DNA of 64,000 nucleotides from an uncultured Acidimicrobiales bacterium (GTDB lineage Bacteria > Actinomycetota > Acidimicrobiia > Acidimicrobiales > SZUA-35). The DNA is taken from NCBI GenBank assembly GCA_937922785.1, contig CALAJQ010000006.1, positions 122,156-186,155 on the forward strand. Reading direction: 5' to 3'. Below, piece after piece: positions 17,232 through 26,136 of this stretch. Both the position numbers and the translations under genes were made by a program. Numbering within the stretch: the first letter of the stretch is position 1; the number at the start of each line of letters is the position of its first letter. The notes under the pieces are model-generated. The model was not told the origin of the DNA, did not search any database, and saw only the letters and a list, made by a program, of their open reading frames with translations.

Positions 17232-18550
17232 CGCTGACTCGCCTTCAAAGCGCGGGAGAGGTCATCACAGATATCTAGCGGATCTTCCAGGCCAACGGAA
17301 AGGCGAATCAGATCCTCTGAGATACCTGCTGTTTCCAGTTGTTCGGGGCTCATCTGGCCATGGGTCGTGGAGCCCGGATGAATCACCAGCGTCTTGGCGT
17401 CCCCGACGTTCGCAAGGTGCGAAGCGAGCTGAACCGCCTCGATAAACTTGCGCCCGGCTTCGCGCCCGCCCTTCACGCCAAAGCTCAGAATTGCCCCAGC
17501 GCCCTTCGGGTAGAGCTTCTTAGCCAGTTCATGGTCAGGGTGGTCTGCAACGTTCGGATGTTTGACCCAGCTGACGGCGTCATGTGCGATCAGCATGTCC
17601 AGCACAGCATTGGTGTTTGACACGTGTCGGTCCATCCGAAGGCCCAAAGTCTCAATGCCTTGCAAGAGGGTGAAGGCATTTTGAGGACTGAGACAAGCGC
17701 CGAAGTCGCGAAGGCCTTCGGCGCGAGCCCGCATAGACAGAGCTTGAGGACCGAACTCTTCGGTCAAGGTGATCCCGTGGTAGCCCTCATAAGGCTCGGT
17801 CAGGGTTGGGAACTTGCCGCTTGCCTCCCAGTCGAAACGGCCGCCGTCGACGACGACCCCACCTAACGCAACTCCGTGACCACCCATGAATTTGGTTATC
17901 GAATGGATCACGATGTCGGCGCCGTGTTCGATCGGCCTCATCAAATGTGGGGTAGAGAACGTCGAGTCGACCATCAAAGGCAAGCTGTTCCGGTGAGCTA
18001 CATCGGCGACTGCAGAAATGTCGAGAACTTCAATGCCCGGGTTACCTAGGGTTTCTCCGTAGATCACCTTGGTGTTGGGCTGGATTGCCGCTTCGAAAGC
18101 AGCAGGATCTCGGGGATCGACAAAGGTTGTTGTTATTCCAAAGCGGGGGAGCGTGATGGCCATCATCGTGTAGCTGCCGCCGTAGAGGTTCTTGGAAGCA
18201 ACAATGTGGTCGCCCTGGCTTAGGAGACTGACAACAGCTAGATGTAGGGCGGCGGTTCCACTTGCCGTGCAGACAGCGCCGACGCCACCCTCGAGAGCAG
18301 CGATGCGTTCCTCCAGCACTGCAACCGTCGGGTTAGAAATTCGGCTGTAGATATGGCCCGGAGCTTCCAGGTTGAACAAAGCCGCAGCTTCGTCGGTGTC
18401 GGGGAAGCAATAGGACGTTGTGTAGTAGATGGGAACGGCGCGCGACCCAGTGCTGGGGTCGGGCTGTTGACCGGCGTGGAGAGCCAGCGTGTCGGGACGT
18501 AGGAAGTCGGGCTGAACCATGTTCGCCACGGTACCTAGATAGTGCGTCAC
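17228..18550 (-). CDS. metY: O-acetylhomoserine/O-acetylserine sulfhydrylase, a PLP enzyme of the MetY/Cys-Met metabolism family
   Basis: 440 aa. Conserved family blocks include '...HSITKFMGGHG...' and 'SLVIHPGSTTH'. This is paralogue 1 of 2 in the window. Confidence 0.85.
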   Translation of the reverse strand: MTHYLGTVANMVQPDFLRPDTLALHAGQQPDPSTGSRAVPIYYTTSYCFPDTDEAAALFNLEAPGHIYSRISNPTVAVLEERIAALEGGVGAVCTASGTAALHLAVVSLLSQGDHIVASKNLYGGSYTMMAITLPRFGITTTFVDPRDPAAFEAAIQPNTKVIYGETLGNPGIEVLDISAVADVAHRNSLPLMVDSTFSTPHLMRPIEHGADIVIHSITKFMGGHGVALGGVVVDGGRFDWEASGKFPTLTEPYEGYHGITLTEEFGPQALSMRARAEGLRDFGACLSPQNAFTLLQGIETLGLRMDRHVSNTNAVLDMLIAHDAVSWVKHPNVADHPDHELAKKLYPKGAGAILSFGVKGGREAGRKFIEAVQLASHLANVGDAKTLVIHPGSTTHGQMSPEQLETAGISEDLIRLSVGLEDPLDICDDLSRALKASQR

Positions 18551-18566
18551 CTACATCGGGCCGAAC

Positions 18567-20216
18567 CTACAGAATGGTGACGGTCCCTTTTTGGCCGTCT
18601 ACTTCGATTTGGGCACCGTTGGGAATTCGCAGGGTCGCGTCATCTACTCCCACCACGCATGGCAATCCAAGCTCTCGGGACACAATCATCGAGTGGCTCA
18701 TGGCCGCCCCAACTTCCACGACGACTCCGCCGGCAGCCACAAACAAGGGGGTCCAGGAAGGGTCGGTGTGGGCGGCAATCAGGATGTCACCGGGTTCAAG
18801 TGCGGTTGGATCGCTCGGGTCCAAGATCACCCGGGCTGTGCCGATAACGTTTCCGGGTGAGCCGGCTGCGCCGGTTAGGACTGAACCCGCCACTGCTGGT
18901 TCGCTGCCTATCGATCGGCGGGATTTCCACGTGGTGGTCGGCGGCGGCTGGTTGTTGGTGACAGCAGTATCGAATGCGAATGGCGGTTCGAGGCCCGACA
19001 AGTGGCCATAAAGGGCCCGCCGTTCATCAATAGTTGCCACCATTGAAGGCGGGTCAGCCATGTAGGCCTCGAATTCTGCGACCGTAAGCAGCAGTGGTCC
19101 GAGGGTGTCCGACACACCGCCCTTGGCGGCCAATCGTCTCATTATCTCAAGCGTGCGGTGTCGCATGGGCTGGACGATTCGGATCACCTCGTTCTTCGAT
19201 TCTTCCCGGGCCCGGCTCCACAAGATTGTGCTGTTGATCGCCCAGTCCAATCGTTTGGCCTGCCAACCCATCTTCTCTTTGGCCTCGGCCACGAGTGCCA
19301 GCCGGGCCCTATTCATGGCCTCTTCTTGAGCCTTGGGTGACTTGGAGGCGTCGAGTCCGCGCATCGAGTCGATTGCTGCTAGCGCTACCTCCGGGTAGGC
19401 GGCCCAATCCTTGCCGGCTACCGAGAACTCGTTGGGGCCTCGATGGCCCCACTGGTCGAGGAACTTGGCGAACTCGGCGTCGAAATCTTCGGCCCCGACC
19501 TCATTTGCCAGCCGGAACATTGCTTGGATTGGCTGGGCAGTAGTGACTTCACCGATGCCAGTTGTTAGTGCGATCGCTTTGTTTGGATCTCCAAGTTTCG
19601 CTTCACAAAGGTCGGTTAGCGACCCCGAAGCAATGGTTGCCTTAAGTGTGACAGCAACGTGGTTGCCGATTAGGAACTCCCACGGCTTGTTGAATTCAGT
19701 GATGGCGAAGTTCCAAAGGTCTTCGGTGGCTGCGTCCAAGGGCGGAGCAATGGCCACAAACGCGTCAGCGACCCGGCGCATCTCGGCCAGGACAGGCACG
19801 TTCTTCGCGGTCAGAGTCCTTATTGCAGTGCTTATGACCTTGGCGGTGGCTTTTGCGTTCTTGTCGCCTTTGGATGCGACGTAAGGGGCCACGTCGCTGT
19901 CGCCGAGAAATTGAGTGTCAATTAGATCAACCGAAAGACCCGGCGTTCTAACACCGAGCAGACGCATCAGGCTGGCGTTGAAGTAGGCGTATCCACCAAA
20001 AACACCCTGCATAACTTGGGGTTCTGGCCCGTAGTCGTCTGGCGTGAGGAAGCCGATCTGTTCGGCGCCTGATCGCCAACCCGCCTCTGAACCGGGCGAG
20101 CCGATTTCCCACTCCAGCGGGATGACCACATTCGGGTAGACCTCGCCGACGTTGCCTCGGGTGTATATCGGCCACAACTTGGATGGATCGGAATCGACAG
20201 GCCAGGAAGCGTTCAC
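18567..20216 (-). CDS. PEP-utilising-enzyme family protein, with a C-terminal mobile phospho-histidine domain
   Basis: The C-terminal stretch '...GAAMSHSMIVSRELGLPCVVGV...' matches the PEP-utilizers His domain. The N-terminal roughly 400 aa are not clearly assignable. 549 aa. Confidence 0.6.
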   Translation of the reverse strand: MNASWPVDSDPSKLWPIYTRGNVGEVYPNVVIPLEWEIGSPGSEAGWRSGAEQIGFLTPDDYGPEPQVMQGVFGGYAYFNASLMRLLGVRTPGLSVDLIDTQFLGDSDVAPYVASKGDKNAKATAKVISTAIRTLTAKNVPVLAEMRRVADAFVAIAPPLDAATEDLWNFAITEFNKPWEFLIGNHVAVTLKATIASGSLTDLCEAKLGDPNKAIALTTGIGEVTTAQPIQAMFRLANEVGAEDFDAEFAKFLDQWGHRGPNEFSVAGKDWAAYPEVALAAIDSMRGLDASKSPKAQEEAMNRARLALVAEAKEKMGWQAKRLDWAINSTILWSRAREESKNEVIRIVQPMRHRTLEIMRRLAAKGGVSDTLGPLLLTVAEFEAYMADPPSMVATIDERRALYGHLSGLEPPFAFDTAVTNNQPPPTTTWKSRRSIGSEPAVAGSVLTGAAGSPGNVIGTARVILDPSDPTALEPGDILIAAHTDPSWTPLFVAAGGVVVEVGAAMSHSMIVSRELGLPCVVGVDDATLRIPNGAQIEVDGQKGTVTIL

Positions 20217-20254
20217 AATTACTCAAACTAGCTGACAGGCACTAATTTCGCCTC

Positions 20255-22036
20255 ATGACTTCTGTTTCGAGCCCACTGGTTGGAACGATCGTTTCGGTCG
20301 CTGATGCGGGTGATTCGGTTACCAAAGGGTCGGTCCTGGCCATCATCGAATCCATGAAAATGGAGCACGTGGTGGAAGCACCGGTAGATGGGGTAGTCAA
20401 GTTAGTGAAGGTCGCCGCTGGTGATGCAGTGGCAGCCGGTGAGGTGTTAGCCACCCTTGGGCCAGTCGCCGAGATTCCTGAGGCGTCGTCGGAGCCTTTG
20501 CCCGACTCAGCTCCATCAGAATCCAAAGCTGGCCTTGAGCGGGCCGACCTTGCCGAGGTTCTGGCAAGGCACGAAGTAGGACTTGATCAGGCCCGGCCCG
20601 CGGCAGTGGCAAAGCGGCATGGCCGGGGTCATCGCACGGCCCGTGAGAACATTGCTGATCTTGTAGATGAGGGCAGCTTTGTTGAGTACGGCCCGCTGGC
20701 AATTGCCGCTCAACGTCGACGGCGAGAGGTGGCTGAGCTGATCGAGCGAACACCGGCTGATGGCATGGTCGGCGGCTTTGCCACCGTCAACGCTGAGATT
20801 TTCGGGGCCGAGAATACTGAGTGTGTTGTCTCCAGTTATGACTACATGGTGTTGGCGGGCACCCAAGGTGCCCTAAACCATCAGAAGAAGGATCGGCTAT
20901 TCCAGCTGGCCGAACGCCGCAACCTTCCTGTGATCTTCTATACCGAAGGCGGAGGTGGCAGACCAGGAGACACCGACACCTTTGGTGTGTCAGGTCTGGA
21001 TTGTTTGGCCTTTGCGTTGTTCGGTCGCCTGGCTGGCAAGGTCCCGATGATCGGCGTGAACTCTGGCTACTGCTTCGCCGGCAACGCTGCTTTATTGGGC
21101 ACTTGCGACGTTGTGATAGCCACTGAAGACTCCAACATTGGCATGGGCGGTCCGGCGATGATCTCCGGTGGTGGCTTGGGCGAGTACAAGGCAACCGAGG
21201 TTGGTCCCGCCGTGGTTCACACAACAAACGGTGTCATCGATGTTCTTGTTGCCGACGAAGCCGAAGCAACCGCGGTAGCCAAGAAGCTGATCGGATTCAC
21301 TCAAGGGTCGACCCCCACCTGGGAGGCTCCACCTGCTGAAACGTTGCGAGACGTTGTTCCGGAGAACCGCAAGCGCGTCTATGACATGCAGGATGTCATC
21401 GCCGGACTGGTTGACGTCGGCTCGGCAGTTGAGATGCGGCCCGACTGGAATCCAGGCTTGATCACAACCTTGGCTCGGGTCGAAGGCAAACCGACGGGCA
21501 TCATCGCCAACAACCCGTTACATCTCTCGGGCGCCATCGATCATGGTGCTGCCCAAAAGTCATCGGAGTTCATGCGCTTCTGCGAGATGTGGCAGCTGCC
21601 AATTCTCTTCCTCTGTGACACACCAGGTTTTATGGTCGGGCCAGAATCAGACGCCGAAGGCCTGCCTCGCTCGGCCGGCGAAATGTTCCGGGTTGGCGGC
21701 AACTTGACTGTTCCATTCGGGACTGTGGTTACCCGCAAGGGCTATGGACTCGGGGCCCAATCGATGACTGGTGGCGGTTTCAAAGAGCCGATCTTTGTGG
21801 TGTCATGGCCAACTGGTGAGTTCGGGCCGATGGGTCTTGAAGGCGCGGTTGAGCTTGGCTACTCGCGAGAGCTGGCAGCCGCGGCCGAAGGACCAGAGCG
21901 TGATGAGCTTTATGAGCGACTGGTCAACAAGATGTACGAGAGCGGCAAGGCCACCAACGTGGCCAGCTATTTCGAAATAGACGATGTGATTGACCCTGCG
22001 GACACTCGGAGATGGGTATCTAGACTATTGGGGTGA
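20255..22036 (+). CDS. Biotin carboxyl-carrier domain fused to an acyl-CoA carboxyltransferase (AccD/PccB-like) domain
   Basis: The N-terminal biotinyl-lysine motif AIIESMKMEH is followed by a carboxyltransferase domain of about 500 aa, with Gly-rich regions as in PccB. 593 aa. Confidence 0.8.
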   Translation: MTSVSSPLVGTIVSVADAGDSVTKGSVLAIIESMKMEHVVEAPVDGVVKLVKVAAGDAVAAGEVLATLGPVAEIPEASSEPLPDSAPSESKAGLERADLAEVLARHEVGLDQARPAAVAKRHGRGHRTARENIADLVDEGSFVEYGPLAIAAQRRRREVAELIERTPADGMVGGFATVNAEIFGAENTECVVSSYDYMVLAGTQGALNHQKKDRLFQLAERRNLPVIFYTEGGGGRPGDTDTFGVSGLDCLAFALFGRLAGKVPMIGVNSGYCFAGNAALLGTCDVVIATEDSNIGMGGPAMISGGGLGEYKATEVGPAVVHTTNGVIDVLVADEAEATAVAKKLIGFTQGSTPTWEAPPAETLRDVVPENRKRVYDMQDVIAGLVDVGSAVEMRPDWNPGLITTLARVEGKPTGIIANNPLHLSGAIDHGAAQKSSEFMRFCEMWQLPILFLCDTPGFMVGPESDAEGLPRSAGEMFRVGGNLTVPFGTVVTRKGYGLGAQSMTGGGFKEPIFVVSWPTGEFGPMGLEGAVELGYSRELAAAAEGPERDELYERLVNKMYESGKATNVASYFEIDDVIDPADTRRWVSRLLG

Positions 22037-22887
22037 CAATTTCTAGTCCCCGAGCTGGCGTTGCTGACGCTCCAGGCTCGGTAACCAACATCGCCGGGTA
22101 TCGGTTTGTAGACCTGCCTGACCGTGACGAGCTTTTAGAGCCGTTCACGCAGCTTTGTGATGAGTTGGAACTTCGCGGCACTGTGTTGTTGAGTCCGAAC
22201 GGAATCAACTTCTTCCTGGCGGCAACTCAAGACAAGATTGATACCTACCTTGAGTTCATTGAGAGAGACGAGCGCTTTCGCGACATCGCTTTGAAGATCA
22301 GCTACACCGACTATCAGCCTTTCAATCGGATGCACGTGAAGCGCAAGAAGGAGATCATCTCATTAGGACTCGATCACATCAGGCCGATCGAAAAGACCGG
22401 CGAACGCATAATGCCGAAAGAGTTCAAGGCAATGCTCGACGCAGGCGAAGACGTTGTGGTTCTTGACACCCGGAATGACTATGAGACTCGAGTTGGTGCC
22501 TTTGAAGGCGCAGTAGAGCTAGACATCACAAACTTCCGTAACTTCCCAAACGCAATTGGCCAGCTACCGGAAGACATGAAAGATAAAACCGTTGTCATGT
22601 ACTGCACCGGAGGTATTCGGTGTGAGAAGGCGTCAGTTGTTCTGATGGACGCTGGCTTCAAAGACGTGCGCCAGCTTGAGGGCGGGATCCTGGGCTACTT
22701 CGAGGAGGTCGGCGGCGAGCACTGGAACGGGGACTGTTTTGTGTTCGACCAAAGAGTTGCCGTTGATCCCGAACTAAACGAGACCGAAGTAAAGATGTGC
22801 TTCCGGTGTTGGCAAAGTCTTTCTCAAGAAGAACAAGAATCTGACTTGTATGAGATTGGGGTGTCATGCCCCTACTGCGCCAAGTAG
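22033..22887 (+). CDS. trhO: Rhodanese-domain protein of the TrhO/YceA (UPF0176) family, putative tRNA U34 hydroxylase
   Basis: Rhodanese active-site motif CTGGIRCE, and the typical N-terminal YceA-like region. 4-bp overlap with the upstream gene. Confidence 0.65.
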   Translation: MTISSPRAGVADAPGSVTNIAGYRFVDLPDRDELLEPFTQLCDELELRGTVLLSPNGINFFLAATQDKIDTYLEFIERDERFRDIALKISYTDYQPFNRMHVKRKKEIISLGLDHIRPIEKTGERIMPKEFKAMLDAGEDVVVLDTRNDYETRVGAFEGAVELDITNFRNFPNAIGQLPEDMKDKTVVMYCTGGIRCEKASVVLMDAGFKDVRQLEGGILGYFEEVGGEHWNGDCFVFDQRVAVDPELNETEVKMCFRCWQSLSQEEQESDLYEIGVSCPYCAK

Positions 22888-22902
22888 CTACTGTGTTCAC
22901 CT

Positions 22903-23856
22903 ATGCCGGTGATTCAAGCAACAGATCTTCGCAAGGAGTATTCGGGTCGGCGTGGCTCGGTAGTAGCGGTTGATGACTTAAGCCTTGTTGTTGAGGGTCC
23001 TGGTGTTCATGGCTTCCTTGGTCCTAACGGGTCGGGCAAGACCACAACGATCCGCTGTCTCCTCGGGCTTATCAGCCCGACCGAGGGATCGGTCAAGGTT
23101 CTAGGCGCAGACGTCTCCGAGCTGCACACCGTTATCGATCGAGTCGGCGCGCTGGTGGAGACTCCTAAGTTCTTCCCGAACTTCTCGGGCCGCAAGAATC
23201 TAAGGATGCTGGCAACAGTGGCTGGCGTTGACAAGAAACGGGTTGATGCTGTTCTTGAAACCGTTGGCCTTCAAGACAGATCCAAGGACACGTTTAACTC
23301 TTACTCGCTAGGCATGAAACAGCGGCTTGCAGTTGGGGCGACGTTACTGAAAGATCCCGACCTCATCATGCTGGACGAGCCTGCCAACGGGCTCGACCCT
23401 GCTGGCATCGTAGAGATCAGACTGCTTCTGCGTTCGTTGGCTGAACAAGGCAAGACCATCTTCGTGTCGAGCCATCAGCTTGGCGAGGTCCAACAAACTT
23501 GTGACGTCCTGACCATCATCTCTCAAGGGCGAGTTATTGCTAGCGGCTCGGTCGACGAGGTCTTAGCCAGTGCCGGGCAGGGTCGCATGCGGCTTGCGAT
23601 CGCTGATGCGCCTGGAGCTTTGCAGGTGCTGCTGGCGGCAGGATTCTCCGCCCGTTTGGGCGCAGCTCCAGAGCTGATCGAGGTGGACATAGACCCGATG
23701 CAAGGCGCACTCATAACCCAGCACCTTGCCGTAACTGGCCGCTTTGTGAGAAGTCTCCAAGCAGAGGCGGCATCGCTCGAGTCGGTTTTCCTGTCTCTTA
23801 CGGGCGCACCCGGTCCTGCAGCTCCAACTGCTGACGAGCCAAAGGCAAGCGAATGA
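22903..23856 (+). CDS. ABC transporter ATP-binding protein
   Basis: Walker A GPNGSGKTT, an ABC signature region (YSLGMKQRL), Walker B LIMLDEP, and a C-terminal extension. Confidence 0.9.
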   Translation: MPVIQATDLRKEYSGRRGSVVAVDDLSLVVEGPGVHGFLGPNGSGKTTTIRCLLGLISPTEGSVKVLGADVSELHTVIDRVGALVETPKFFPNFSGRKNLRMLATVAGVDKKRVDAVLETVGLQDRSKDTFNSYSLGMKQRLAVGATLLKDPDLIMLDEPANGLDPAGIVEIRLLLRSLAEQGKTIFVSSHQLGEVQQTCDVLTIISQGRVIASGSVDEVLASAGQGRMRLAIADAPGALQVLLAAGFSARLGAAPELIEVDIDPMQGALITQHLAVTGRFVRSLQAEAASLESVFLSLTGAPGPAAPTADEPKASE

Positions 23857-24962
23857 TGCGGTTGCTGAGAGCGGAACTGAATCGGTTCTGGAGCCGCCGG
23901 CTGGTTTGGGTTGTTGCGTTGGTCGCAATGCTGGCAACGGCAGGAGCCATGGCAATCTCCTACGCCAACACCTCTGCGACCGGCCCCGATGCAGCGTTTG
24001 TCGCTGCCGAAACCGAGCGTCAACAGGCTGAATGTATCGAAGGAACGATGGGGGAGGACTTCCTTGACGAAGAGCTCCCTGGTCTAACCGAAGAAGAACG
24101 CCTCGAAGTGGTGACCAACGAGTGGTGCAACTTTGAGGCATATGTGGAGGACCGCCGCTTCTTTGCCCAAACGATTCTCTTCGAGGATTTCAACCGTGTC
24201 ATCGAGGCTCGGCCTTGGAGCGATGTCCGACCTGACACAAGCAAGGTCGAGACTTACTTCACTGATCGTTCAATCGACGGGACAGCCACGGGTCAAGAGG
24301 TACGTCGAGTTCAGGCCGGACTTACCGGAGTTGTTCCGGGAGTTGCGATCTTCTTTCTTGTTGTCGCTGTTGTGATTGGCGCATCGTTTATGGGCGCTGA
24401 ATATCGGTTTGGCACGGTCGAGAACCTCCTGCTCTGGGAACCAAGGCGAGGCAGAGTCTTGACAGCCAAATACTTGGCCGGGTTTGCATGCGCTTTTGCA
24501 CTTACGGTTTTCTTGTTGTCATTCCTGACTGTGGGTCTTCTAGGGCTTGCGTCAGTTCACGGCGTGACTGACGGACTCGACTCGCGCTTTTGGATCGACC
24601 TTGCTTCCACGATTGCTCGGGCCGGTCTGGTCGGGGGATTGTTCTTCGTCTTGGCCATGGCGGTTTCGGTCATCGCCAAGAATACGACGGCCGCAGTCGG
24701 GGTAATTCTGGGCTGGTTCGCCGTATCGAATATCCTGATTGAAGTGTTTCTGAAGGGCCTGCGGCCGTGGGAGCTGTTCACCAACGCAATAGCTTTCATC
24801 TCCGAAGGCAATGTGGGCCGGTACAAAGAAATACCTGGTCAGGGCTATCAGGAGCTTCTGTTTTCCCACGAATACCTTGCAGCAGGTGCAATCGTTGCTG
24901 CTTGGACACTTGGGTTTGGCGCCCTGGCGGGAATCCTGTTCGCGCGTCGAGATGTTGACTGA
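23853..24962 (+). CDS. ABC-2-type transporter permease with a large extracytoplasmic loop after TM1
   Basis: 4-bp overlap with the ATPase gene. One N-terminal TM, a soluble loop of about 130 aa, then 5 TM segments. Confidence 0.65.
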   Translation: MMRLLRAELNRFWSRRLVWVVALVAMLATAGAMAISYANTSATGPDAAFVAAETERQQAECIEGTMGEDFLDEELPGLTEEERLEVVTNEWCNFEAYVEDRRFFAQTILFEDFNRVIEARPWSDVRPDTSKVETYFTDRSIDGTATGQEVRRVQAGLTGVVPGVAIFFLVVAVVIGASFMGAEYRFGTVENLLLWEPRRGRVLTAKYLAGFACAFALTVFLLSFLTVGLLGLASVHGVTDGLDSRFWIDLASTIARAGLVGGLFFVLAMAVSVIAKNTTAAVGVILGWFAVSNILIEVFLKGLRPWELFTNAIAFISEGNVGRYKEIPGQGYQELLFSHEYLAAGAIVAAWTLGFGALAGILFARRDVD

Positions 24963-24983
24963 TCGAGTTTAGTATTTCGGGCT

Positions 24984-26063
24984 ATGGGCCGATTTGGAAG
25001 TATGCGTTTTCGCGTCCTCGCAACAGTGGCGGTGGCCTTTGGGTTAGCAATCGCTTCGTCCATGGTCTCGATTTCCACCGTCCAAGCTCAGCCCGATGGG
25101 TCTGAGCCAGCACCCGGAGTCCACACTGGGGCGACCCCGACCGAGCTGCAAGTGGCCCGGTTCTACCTGGCAGTATTAGATCGCCAGCCCGACCCAGAGG
25201 GCATGACGTATTGGCATCGGCTGTTAAGCACCGGGGCGGACCTGACCACCATCGCCGATGCATTTGCCGCCAGCGACGAGTTCGAGCAGCGGTTCGGAGT
25301 GCCAGTCGGTCCTGACGGTGACGTTCGCTTTGTGCATCAGGTTTACTCCAACGTTCTTGACCGCCTGCCCGATGCTGACGGCGAGCAATACTGGCTGGGC
25401 CTTCTGGCCGATGGTGTGCCTAGAGCTCAGATGGTTCTTTGGTTTTCTGAGTCGGTCGAGTTCATGAATCGCACTGGGTTGGCGCCGGCGGACCTGCCTG
25501 AGTTCTCTGGCGTAGTCTCGACAGTTAGCGCGGATGATCTCGGCGTGTCGTGGCGAGAGGGTTGCCCTATCGGTCCCGATCAACTTCGCTTGCTGACCGT
25601 GTCGTTTGTTGATTTCGAGAGCAAGGCTCAGACAGGCGAACTTGTTGTTCACGCCGAAGACGCCGAAGCCCTAGTCGGTGTGTTCGAGCGTCTCTACGAA
25701 AGCCGTTACCCGATTCAGTCAATGCGTACGATTGATGAGTTTGAGGGTTCTGACGATGCCAGCATGGAAGCTAACAACACGAGCGCCTTCAATTGTCGAA
25801 GTGCTGTCGGCTCAGGATCGTGGTCACGTCATGCATATGGTCGTGCGATCGACTTCAACCCTTTGGTAAACCCCTACGTCAAGGGTGCTTTGGTCTTGCC
25901 GCCGATTGGTCAGCCGTTCACCGATCGAGACACGATTCACAACCCAGCCCTGATCCGTGATGGTGATGTGGTGGTGAAGTCGTTTGATGACATCGGTTGG
26001 TTCTGGGGTGGGCGCTGGAAGACAGTTCTCGACTACCAGCACTTCAGCAACAACAACCGATAA
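24984..26063 (+). CDS. Secreted protein with a DUF4214 domain and a C-terminal M15-family (VanY-like) zinc D,D-carboxypeptidase domain
   Basis: Signal peptide MRFRVLATVAVAFGLAIASS. The DUF4214-like block is FYLAVLDRQPDPEGMTYW. The M15 zinc-ligand region is SRHAYGRAIDFNP. Confidence 0.65.
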   Translation: MGRFGSMRFRVLATVAVAFGLAIASSMVSISTVQAQPDGSEPAPGVHTGATPTELQVARFYLAVLDRQPDPEGMTYWHRLLSTGADLTTIADAFAASDEFEQRFGVPVGPDGDVRFVHQVYSNVLDRLPDADGEQYWLGLLADGVPRAQMVLWFSESVEFMNRTGLAPADLPEFSGVVSTVSADDLGVSWREGCPIGPDQLRLLTVSFVDFESKAQTGELVVHAEDAEALVGVFERLYESRYPIQSMRTIDEFEGSDDASMEANNTSAFNCRSAVGSGSWSRHAYGRAIDFNPLVNPYVKGALVLPPIGQPFTDRDTIHNPALIRDGDVVVKSFDDIGWFWGGRWKTVLDYQHFSNNNR

Positions 26064-26069
26064 AATCCC

Positions 26070-26115
26070 GGTTCTGTCGGCGTCAGGAGCCGGTGCCGGC
26101 TGGGTACGCCGACAG
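26070..26115. repeat. Palindromic hairpin element, family A copy 1 (46 bp). It sits between the convergent 3' ends of the M15 peptidase gene and the giant ATPase gene
   Basis: GGTTCTGTCGGCGTCAGGAGCCGGtgCCGGCTGGGTACGCCGACAG. It has a 10-bp perfect outer stem and an inner GCCGG/CCGGC palindrome. Confidence 0.85.
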
Positions 26116-26136
26116 TTCGGATGGGGTTTTTGGGGG

